IMG/VR virus record: IMGVR_UViG_3300020045_011116
Coordinates: 1 to 38,558 of that record
Length of the DNA: 38,558 bases
DNA from: a virus
Taxonomy: Duplodnaviria > Caudoviricetes
Strand: one strand, 5' to 3'
The notes beneath the pieces were generated by a model. The model was given only the letters and a program-made list of their open reading frames with translations, searched no databases and had not been told where the DNA came from. This document shows positions 1 through 6,754 of the stretch, piece after piece; position 1 is the first letter of the stretch; each line of letters starts with the position of its first letter. Position numbers and translations under genes: made by a program.

Positions 1-2
1 AA

Positions 3-38
3 TTCAATGAATACAAACAACAAACTACGTTATTTTAA
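3..38 (+). CDS. 3' end of a truncated ORF (...FNEYKQQTTLF*), cargo of the leftmost cassette; C-terminus reminiscent of phage DNA methyltransferases
   Basis: Frame 3 is open from the window edge to TAA 36-38; product guess rests only on the QxTLF-type ending. Confidence 0.3.
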   Translation, partial: FNEYKQQTTLF

Positions 39-111
39 AAGTGCGGTGGCTTTTTTCTTTTTGTTTTTCCTTCACGGATTTTCAATTGGAACACGTCAGC
101 AAGGCATTTCA

Positions 112-206
112 TATAACGTTTTGCAGATTTGCGTTTGTGTGCCACGCAAAAATGTTTATTTCAAGGCACACTGTTTATTGGCACATAACGCAAATGTGCT
201 GTTATA
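112..206. repeat. attC-like imperfect inverted repeat 1
   Basis: Left arm TATAAC-GTTTT-GCAG-ATTTGCGTT-TG-TGTGCCA (112-144) pairs with right arm TGGCACA-T-AACGCAAAT-G-TGC-T-GTTATA (178-206). Confidence 0.85.
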
Positions 207-218
207 GGATAGTTAAAA

Positions 219-380
219 ATGAAAATTGATATGCACATACTTAAATCGAAAACCGTTTGCCATAACAGCGAGAAATTCCTGATAATGGTAGGACACAGAC
301 ATTGGAACTTAGGATTTCAAATACAAGACTGGGGAATAAGAATAATGCTGATATGGTGGCACGTATGCTTTCATTTTTAA
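219..380 (+). CDS. 53-aa hypothetical cassette protein MKIDMHILKSKTVCHNSEKFLIMVGHRHWNLGFQIQDWGIRIMLIWWHVCFHF
   Basis: Translated by hand (below the ORF-track cutoff); fills the space between the two hairpins. Confidence 0.6.
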   Translation: MKIDMHILKSKTVCHNSEKFLIMVGHRHWNLGFQIQDWGIRIMLIWWHVCFHF

Positions 381-385
381 TTTCC

Positions 386-504
386 TATAACGGTTTGCAG
401 ATTGGCGTTGTTGCCTCACAAATGTTTAATTGAAACACTAAACTTGATAATATGGAAAATGATAATTTGAAAACGGAAAGCAATAACGCCAATGTGCTGT
501 TATG
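386..504. repeat. attC-like imperfect inverted repeat 2
   Basis: Left arm TATAAC-GGTTT-GCAG-ATTGGCGTT-G-TTGC (386-414) pairs with GCAA-T-AACGCCAAT-G-TGC-T-GTTATG (480-504); same architecture as repeat 1. Confidence 0.85.
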
Positions 505-736
505 TGCAGTGCCATTGCCTTGCCCATTTTGCGGAGCGGAGGCTAATAAGGATAAGGTTTGGATGGATGCAGTATTTTATATTCAATGCTCGAATACTGA
601 TTGCGTGGCACAACCTTCAATTAGCGTAAAAGCTAAGTGCGTAGAGAATAAAGGTGATACGATTACATACAGCCCATTATGGGAAGATGCAGAAGCGGAG
701 GCAATAGCTAAATGGAACACGAGGCATTGCACATAA
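452..736 (+). CDS. Lar-like (restriction alleviation) zinc-ribbon protein, cassette cargo
   Basis: LPCPFCG...IQCSNTDC...AIAKWNTR matches the Lar family pattern. Confidence 0.7.
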   Translation: MENDNLKTESNNANVLLCAVPLPCPFCGAEANKDKVWMDAVFYIQCSNTDCVAQPSISVKAKCVENKGDTITYSPLWEDAEAEAIAKWNTRHCT

Positions 737-788
737 CATTGTATATGTATTACATCACATTTAACTAATTGATTTAAAATTAATTATT
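723..788. other. Candidate attI-like primary recombination site
   Basis: Terminal core CATAAC (732-737) is followed not by a hairpin arm but by short palindromes (ATGTA-T-TACAT 744-754; TAATTGATTT/AAATTAATTA) just before the recombinase ATG. Confidence 0.5.
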
Positions 789-1616
789 ATGGATATTTCT
801 GCTCACGCTATCTTCTTTGAACAGGAAATGAAACGAAGAAACTTTTCAATTCAGACCATTGAAAACTATTCGTCATGCTTGAAAAAATTCTTTAGTCAGT
901 CAAAATCTGACCACCCAAAAAATATTCACGAAAAAGAAATTCGTGAGTTTTTAGGAACGTTTGATGAACCAAATACACAAAGAGGTTACCACTCTGCAAT
1001 AAAAAAGTTTTATGAAGTTTGCATGAATCAAAAAGATAAATTTCGTTATATTCCTTATGCTAAAAAATCAAATAAATTACCAATAGTTTTATCAGTTGAC
1101 GAAATTCAAGCAATGTTTAATATGTGTGAAAACTTGAAACATAAAGTAATTTTAGGAATACTTTATTCGTGTGGTCTTCGTGTTTCTGAATTAATCAATT
1201 TGAAATGGTCACATATTGACAGGGGTAGAATGATAATAAATATAATTCAGGCTAAAGGCGCGAAGGATAGACAGGTTGCTTTACCGCAAAGTTTAATTCC
1301 ATTGCTTGAAAAATATTTTTTTAAATATAATCCTAAAGTATATGTTTTGAATGGTCAGAATTTTCCACAATATGATGAGCGAAGTGTTGGTAATGTAATC
1401 AAACAATTAGCAACAAAAGCTGGAATTAAAAAGAGGGTCTATACTCACTTAATAAGACATTGCACATTCACTCATCTCGTTGAGCTTGGCACGGACATTA
1501 ATTTAATTCAGAAAATAGCAGGACATAGTAACGTAAAGACTACTAATATTTACTGTCATATTTCAGACAACTTAATCAGTAAAATTCAATCGCCATTAAA
1601 TAATATTAAACTTTAA
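789..1616 (+). CDS. Tyrosine recombinase/integrase with N-terminal SAM-like domain
   Basis: Catalytic set visible: GLRVSE (R), KGAKDR (K), HLIRH (HxxR), AGH (H), TNIY (Y); N-terminal RNFSIQTIENY motif. Confidence 0.95.
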   Translation: MDISAHAIFFEQEMKRRNFSIQTIENYSSCLKKFFSQSKSDHPKNIHEKEIREFLGTFDEPNTQRGYHSAIKKFYEVCMNQKDKFRYIPYAKKSNKLPIVLSVDEIQAMFNMCENLKHKVILGILYSCGLRVSELINLKWSHIDRGRMIINIIQAKGAKDRQVALPQSLIPLLEKYFFKYNPKVYVLNGQNFPQYDERSVGNVIKQLATKAGIKKRVYTHLIRHCTFTHLVELGTDINLIQKIAGHSNVKTTNIYCHISDNLISKIQSPLNNIKL

Positions 1617-1638
1617 TTTTTTGTATTAAAAAAAGTAT

Positions 1639-1646
1639 TACCTTTG
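1639..1646 (+). promoter_or_regulatory. Bacteroidota -7 promoter element TACCTTTG
   Basis: Matches TAnnTTTG in intergenic DNA; nearest upstream TTTG (1620-1623) has a shorter than canonical spacer. Confidence 0.6.
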
Positions 1647-1788
1647 AATAAATCAACCGACAAATGAATAGTAAATCAATTTATTTAAAATAGTTTTAGT
1701 CCTGTTAGCTTAGTAGTATCTTCTTAGTCGGTTGTTGCGAAAGGTTAACGGGCTAAGACGAATTAACAACCGATTAAATAACAAACAC

Positions 1789-2562
1789 ATGGAAAAGAAT
1801 GAAATAATAGACATTTTTATTAGTGAGATTAAACGTGAATTTCCTGACCAAAATTGGAATTATCTTGAGTTTATTAAAACTAGATTATTAGGTAATAACA
1901 AATTCACCACTCCAAGCGAGGTTGTTGATGGTTCGTTGGAGGAAATAGCCGATGAATTATATGGGGAATTTTCGAGTTATGCAGATAATAACGCAAGTAT
2001 TATTGGAATGAATAGATTTCAATTTACTTTAGCATTAGAACAATTTGCCAAACAGAACCAACCAAAACAGGCGGTTGTTGTTTCGGATGAAATTATTAAA
2101 GCAAAATTAGTAGCGTTAAATTATGACCATGTTATTCAAGATTTTGCTTTTGAAGATGGTGCAAAATGGATGCAAGAAACCCTTTCCCAACAGCCGAAGC
2201 CGAAAACGAGTGACGAAAATGGAATTAATGTAGAAAAAGAGGCTAAAAGTATTTACATGAGCATGACCAGTTTCGCAAATTACAGCGAAATGAATGGTAT
2301 AAGTAGAGATTGGTTTTTAACTTGCATTCAAAACGGCTTAATAAAATTCGCACAACAACAACAGCCGAAGTCGGAGGCGGTGGATGAATTGGATGAACGC
2401 TTTAATTCAGATGTGTTTATTGATAATGTGTGTTTGAGTTATAGACATGATTTCGGATTAATGGCTAAACAGGATAAACAAAAATTAAGGTTTGAATGTA
2501 AGGAGTGGATACGAGGAATAAGAAATAACTGGATTTTTTTCACCCAATCCAAAAAACAATAG
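1789..2562 (+). CDS. Modular hypothetical protein (likely start MEKNE at 1789)
   Basis: ORF track 1732-2562; ATG 1789 follows an A-rich leader; internal QQPK linker repeats. Confidence 0.75.
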   Translation: MEKNEIIDIFISEIKREFPDQNWNYLEFIKTRLLGNNKFTTPSEVVDGSLEEIADELYGEFSSYADNNASIIGMNRFQFTLALEQFAKQNQPKQAVVVSDEIIKAKLVALNYDHVIQDFAFEDGAKWMQETLSQQPKPKTSDENGINVEKEAKSIYMSMTSFANYSEMNGISRDWFLTCIQNGLIKFAQQQQPKSEAVDELDERFNSDVFIDNVCLSYRHDFGLMAKQDKQKLRFECKEWIRGIRNNWIFFTQSKKQ

Positions 2563-2563
2563 T

Positions 2564-2752
2564 ATGAACAAAATAACTTACGGTGATAATCTATTAGAAT
2601 GGACTATCGAAGAAACAAAAAAAGAAATAATTGTATCAATCAATAAAGAAGCATTAACAAATAAGGCCATACTTAGTTTAGGTTCAAATATTTTTATGGT
2701 TCTTTTAGAAGCAGAAAGAAGAAAACAAATAAATTTACAAAACCCAAATTGA
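2564..2752 (+). CDS. Hypothetical protein
   Basis: ORF tightly packed behind the previous stop. Confidence 0.65.
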   Translation: MNKITYGDNLLEWTIEETKKEIIVSINKEALTNKAILSLGSNIFMVLLEAERRKQINLQNPN

Positions 2753-2767
2753 TTTAATTTAACCGAT

Positions 2768-3172
2768 ATGAAAAATGAAAGTATGAAAAAAGCGAAATCA
2801 ATTAAACAACTAGAGGCTGAAAAAAATAAAGTTCGAAAACAGCTACAGGAAATCAATAATGAAATTGAGGATTATAACCTTAAAAAAGAAATTCCCATGC
2901 TTAAAAAAAAGTATGAAGGAAAATACTGGAAGTATGATAACGGATGTAGTGCAGAAAACAGATGGTGGTTATATTCTTTTTGCAGAAAGGTTACAGGAAC
3001 AGATCAAGGGTTTTTTGATTCGTTTGAAACGACAAACGCAAATTATCGTCAAAACAACTTCAACTACAATGAAGAGCAATTTTTTCATTTATGCCAAATT
3101 GAAATATCAAAAGAAGAGTATTTAAAACAATTTAATCTTTTTCAAGGTCGTTTAAAAAAACTTAAACCATGA
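2768..3172 (+). CDS. Hypothetical protein with N-terminal coiled coil
   Basis: 134-aa ORF, operon packing. Confidence 0.7.
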   Translation: MKNESMKKAKSIKQLEAEKNKVRKQLQEINNEIEDYNLKKEIPMLKKKYEGKYWKYDNGCSAENRWWLYSFCRKVTGTDQGFFDSFETTNANYRQNNFNYNEEQFFHLCQIEISKEEYLKQFNLFQGRLKKLKP

Positions 3173-3339
3173 TGTACTTCCTCTCAATATTCGCCCCTGT
3201 TAGTATTGCTATGGCAGTTATAATGTACCTTACAACCTTCGGCAAAGAGCTATGGCATAAGTTCAAGTTCTATGTACTAAGGTATAGGTTTGAAGGGCAG
3301 AGAAGGATAACTAAATTATATAAAACCCCAATGATATGA
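3169..3339 (+). CDS. 56-aa small membrane protein
   Basis: Hand translation MMYFLSIFAPVSIAMAVIMYLTTFG...; ATGA overlaps on both sides. Confidence 0.6.
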   Translation: MMYFLSIFAPVSIAMAVIMYLTTFGKELWHKFKFYVLRYRFEGQRRITKLYKTPMI

Positions 3340-3509
3340 AAAAACAATTAATAATTATTTTAACCATTTTAGTGTTTACTTATTTATTATTTTCATTTGT
3401 AAAAAATGATTTTAATACTAGCAATTGGTTAATAGTAGATAGACTCGGTCTAGTACTTTCATTAGGTATTACATATCCGCTTTATAAACTAATGGAATTA
3501 AATAAGTGA
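3336..3509 (+). CDS. 57-aa small membrane protein
   Basis: Hand translation MKKQLIIILTILVFTYLLFSFV...; ATGA overlap. Confidence 0.6.
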   Translation: MKKQLIIILTILVFTYLLFSFVKNDFNTSNWLIVDRLGLVLSLGITYPLYKLMELNK

Positions 3510-3543
3510 AAAACATTTAGAGGATAAATTTAATAATTGAATT

Positions 3544-3705
3544 ATGGAAAAAATGACAAATTACGATGTTGTAAAAAAATTGATTGGTAACATTAGACCA
3601 GTTGGCGATGCAACACTATTAAGCACCGATAAGGCAATGTTGTTTATGAGGTGGATTAGAAAAGCTTTGGACAACAATACTTTTGAAACAGTATTTATTT
3701 CTTAA
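3544..3705 (+). CDS. 53-aa hypothetical protein
   Basis: Hand translation MEKMTNYDVVKKLIGNIRPVGDATLLSTDKAMLFMRWIRKALDNNTFETVFIS; converges on the lysis operon. Confidence 0.55.
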   Translation: MEKMTNYDVVKKLIGNIRPVGDATLLSTDKAMLFMRWIRKALDNNTFETVFIS

Positions 3706-4108
3706 TCCTAAACCAAGCCAACACGCCAAAGACTAAAATCAATAAAGCGATTAGCCAATTCCAGTTTATTCGATGCGCTTTGTAAATGTTATTTGTAATA
3801 GTTTTTTCTACAATTACCTTGAGTGAATCACATTTGCCTGATAAAAATATTGTGCTATCCTTTGTGTTATAAAAGTATCGCATCTCAAGCCTACCTTGGC
3901 GAATAATAGTAGTGTCCTTTTGAGTATGGTAAAACTTAAACAGCGTATCGGTTTCAACCTTGTTAATGTTAATCGTATCATGCACTATGGTTGTTTCAGT
4001 CGTAAAGCCACATTTTTGACGTGCTTTTTTTAAACGGTATTCGCAACCACAACTAGCCATTAAGCTCGTTATAACGCAAATAAATAGGGTTTTATACAGC
4101 CTTGTCAT
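3695..4108 (-). CDS. Lipoprotein with C-terminal TM helix; probable unimolecular spanin
   Basis: Lipobox LMAS-C, beta-rich middle, C-terminal WNWLIALLILVFGVLAWF followed by RIKK; last gene of the lysis module. Confidence 0.7.
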   Translation of the reverse strand: MTRLYKTLFICVITSLMASCGCEYRLKKARQKCGFTTETTIVHDTININKVETDTLFKFYHTQKDTTIIRQGRLEMRYFYNTKDSTIFLSGKCDSLKVIVEKTITNNIYKAHRINWNWLIALLILVFGVLAWFRIKK

Positions 4109-4301
4109 CCTTTTGATTCTCCTTCTCTTTTATAAAGCTCACAACCTCGTTAGCTACACCGCCTAAAGCAAGTATACTAATTGATAGGTATGGATGACCC
4201 TCAACTAATATCAAGCTACCCCCAACGATAGCGGTTGCCGATTTAATACTCAAACCAATTAGCTTAAGTTTTTCTAATTTTGTCATTGAAAATATTTTCA
4301 T
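4092..4301 (-). CDS. Small two-TM protein, holin/antiholin candidate
   Basis: Two hydrophobic segments, charged C-tail, adjacent to endolysin. Confidence 0.55.
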   Translation of the reverse strand: MKIFSMTKLEKLKLIGLSIKSATAIVGGSLILVEGHPYLSISILALGGVANEVVSFIKEKENQKDDKAV

Positions 4302-4840
4302 GGCATCAATTTTAATTCCTTAATCTTTTCTAAACTTACAAATCCCAATACTAAACTTTTACTTCTTTTCTGAAACTCTACGGCTCCACCGTTTGATTGA
4401 TGTCCTTTTAAACTCGTATTTCCTTCAATAGCATAAAAATAATTATTCTCAACCTCACCATAAAATATTCCAATATGGTCGCCCTTAACCCCTTTAGGAA
4501 AATCAAATATAACTAAGTCACCTTCCTTTGGTTCGTCAGTTAAGCAACCTAAGTCCTTAAACATTTGATATGCTTTTGGAACGTATGCTAAACCTTGTTT
4601 TCCCTTATTAGTGTCAGGTAAAAAAATAGCACTACCAACTACATAACAATAATTACAAAAGAACCCACACCAAGCAACGTTATTAAAATCAAAATAGTGA
4701 CCAAACATATTGTCATTATTCTCGCCCTCGGTATATCCTACATGGCTCAAGGCTTCCTTACAAACCTTTTCCCTATCGGTTAATTCATCCTTAGAATCTA
4801 ATCTTTTAAATTCTTGCTTTGCTAAATCTCTTAAATCCAT
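4298..4840 (-). CDS. CHAP-domain endolysin
   Basis: AWCGFFC (catalytic Cys), PKEGDLVIF, GDHIGI (His), IEGNT. Confidence 0.9.
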   Translation of the reverse strand: MDLRDLAKQEFKRLDSKDELTDREKVCKEALSHVGYTEGENNDNMFGHYFDFNNVAWCGFFCNYCYVVGSAIFLPDTNKGKQGLAYVPKAYQMFKDLGCLTDEPKEGDLVIFDFPKGVKGDHIGIFYGEVENNYFYAIEGNTSLKGHQSNGGAVEFQKRSKSLVLGFVSLEKIKELKLMP

Positions 4841-4842
4841 AG

Positions 4843-5040
4843 TTACTTCTTTTTAAAAAATTCAGTTATCTTTTTTCGGTTTAAAATTACGTAAATTATG
4901 AACGAAATCACCCCTGTAATTGGAAGTAATAACCTGCAAAATTCACTAGTTGCCTTAAACATTTCATACATTCCCCAACTACCAGCTCCAGCAGTTAGTA
5001 AAGTCCTGTCAATATATTCGTGTAGTTGTTCCTTGCTCAT
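4843..5040 (-). CDS. Holin candidate
   Basis: 65 aa, TM segment LLLPITGVISFIIYVIL, basic tail, directly upstream of endolysin. Confidence 0.55.
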   Translation of the reverse strand: MSKEQLHEYIDRTLLTAGAGSWGMYEMFKATSEFCRLLLPITGVISFIIYVILNRKKITEFFKKK

Positions 5041-5111
5041 TTTTTTACTGTATAAATAGTTAGTTCATCTTCAAATGCGTCATTCGGTTGTATTATAATT
5101 GGTTCGTTCAT
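5037..5111 (-). CDS. 24-aa micro-ORF MNEPIIIQPNDAFEDELTIYTVKK
   Basis: Fills the gap exactly; ATGA overlap with the holin start. Confidence 0.35.
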   Translation of the reverse strand: MNEPIIIQPNDAFEDELTIYTVKK

Positions 5112-5113
5112 AA

Positions 5114-5731
5114 TCATGGACATTCTGCAAAAACTTCATCTCCTACAAATACACCACCAGCAGCCTTACCCGTTGCGTTTGGATGCGTCCCGTCATAACC
5201 ACCACCCGAATACCAAGGATTTGTAATTAATGAATCTGAAAAAGTTGCTCCACCACCTCCCGACAAGTTATATAAATCAATTATAAAATCCCAATCCCCT
5301 GACGTATCAGCAACACATAAAGCGTTGTAAGTTGCTATGTTCGCCCCAGCATCATCGTCTGCAATGGCTGTTATTAATCCTATTTTAATACTACAAGTTG
5401 AGGGTAACGCAGCCCTTATACCTTGCACGTATGTTTTAGCTTTTGCGTATGCCTCAGCAGGTGTTGAGCCTCCTGTTACCATTTGATTACGTCCTTCTTG
5501 AAATATAAAAACGTTTTCTCTTGCAAAGCCTTGAATTTTATTGATAACATCAGTGCGAAAATTAGCAATCATATCGTCAAGGGTATTTCCTGACCCAGCC
5601 GAATTAGTATAAGTATAATTTCCTGCTCCATACAATGAATCTAATTGAGTAACTAAATCACTGCTATAAGCATTAGGAATTGAATTTCCTTCAAGAATTA
5701 TATTAATTTTTGTATTTGTATCTCTCGCCAT
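5114..5731 (-). CDS. SGNH/GDSL hydrolase (tail-associated esterase candidate)
   Basis: Block I EGNSI, block II SAGSG, block III EGRNQ, block V DGTHPN. Confidence 0.85.
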   Translation of the reverse strand: MARDTNTKINIILEGNSIPNAYSSDLVTQLDSLYGAGNYTYTNSAGSGNTLDDMIANFRTDVINKIQGFARENVFIFQEGRNQMVTGGSTPAEAYAKAKTYVQGIRAALPSTCSIKIGLITAIADDDAGANIATYNALCVADTSGDWDFIIDLYNLSGGGGATFSDSLITNPWYSGGGYDGTHPNATGKAAGGVFVGDEVFAECP

Positions 5732-5737
5732 AATATT

Positions 5738-6547
5738 TTAAACTACGTTTTGGTTGTATGTTTGAATGATTTGCATTAATACCGCTATCTCACTAGCCGT
5801 ATATGGCGTCCCGTTATAGGTTCCCCATATTGTAAAATTACGCTGTACGTCTACGAAACTTGCATTAACCGCATTATTATTTCTACACGCATCATTAGAA
5901 TCTTTTGCGCTCAATGCTCCAGTTGGTCTTGCCGTTTCTGCGCTTGGTGTAATTTTTATTCCGTCTTTATAAATAACAGTATTTGTTCCATCGTTACCAC
6001 CGTAATATAATCCTTCACCTGCTAATATACCATGACTTGTTCCTGTTAAAAATCCTGACGTTGCTGTGCTTCTTGGATAAAATAAATTTGAGTTTGCACT
6101 TGCGGCATCATTAGCCCCAAACTCATTACCATTAACAGTAATCGTATTACTTCGGCCAAGTATAACCCAAAAATTTTGTTTTGTTATTGCACTTGCTGAA
6201 TTGTTTAAGTCCCAACCTTGAGTAGAGCCATTAAACAAAACGCCTTCACTTGAATGAGTTCCGTCCGTTCCTATGGTTGTCACTCCTTGAGTAGTCGGAT
6301 ATTTAAAAGCGTTTTTTGCAACCGCTAAACTTGTAGGCGATACTGTGTTCAAATAAACAACGTCATTATAAAAGTTCTTGCCTAATGAATTTCCGCCTTT
6401 AAGACTTAATATAAGCCCGTTTAAAGCGTTCTTTTCAGCTGAACTTGTTATACCTTGAGCAGCTATAAACGCCAAAACATCGGCATCCCAAACTCGTGCG
6501 CTTCCAGAGCCTCCAGCCCATATTCCAAATCCAAATCCGTAACTCAT
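5738..6547 (-). CDS. Virion receptor-binding/lectin-like protein
   Basis: G/S/T/N-rich beta protein in the tail-fibre position; N-terminal YGFGFG plus Gly linker. Confidence 0.6.
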   Translation of the reverse strand: MSYGFGFGIWAGGSGSARVWDADVLAFIAAQGITSSAEKNALNGLILSLKGGNSLGKNFYNDVVYLNTVSPTSLAVAKNAFKYPTTQGVTTIGTDGTHSSEGVLFNGSTQGWDLNNSASAITKQNFWVILGRSNTITVNGNEFGANDAASANSNLFYPRSTATSGFLTGTSHGILAGEGLYYGGNDGTNTVIYKDGIKITPSAETARPTGALSAKDSNDACRNNNAVNASFVDVQRNFTIWGTYNGTPYTASEIAVLMQIIQTYNQNVV

Positions 6548-6753
6548 GGTTTATCTTTTATATTTTCATTTCTACTTGAATGATGCATTTTTATTGTTTT
6601 ATAACTACCATCTTTTTGCCTCTCGTTTAAAGTAGCAAATTTACCTTTACTAACAGCACTAGCAAACCTATCAAATACGTTTACATCATCAGTGTTTTCT
6701 ATACTTCTATCAAGTATTCCGTTTCCCGTGTATATTAGTAATTGATAGTTCAT
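6544..6753 (-). CDS. Hypothetical protein
   Basis: Tightly packed ORF. Confidence 0.6.
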   Translation of the reverse strand: MNYQLLIYTGNGILDRSIENTDDVNVFDRFASAVSKGKFATLNERQKDGSYKTIKMHHSSRNENIKDKP

Positions 6754-6754
6754 A

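Noticed and set aside
7-229. ORFs 7-207 and 41-229
   Set aside because: They run through a T-rich tract and hairpin 1; the HNANVLL match to the Lar-like N-terminus reflects the DNA repeat
112-504. CRISPR array or intrinsic terminators
   Set aside because: Units are long, unequal and contain ORFs; hairpins have large loops and no U-tract; no cas genes
789-1616. Naming the gene intI or xerC/xerD
   Set aside because: Lacks the IntI insertion; Xer orthology and a dif site cannot be shown
1732-1788. TTG start at 1732
   Set aside because: Lies within the structured leader; ATG 1789 has a better A-rich context
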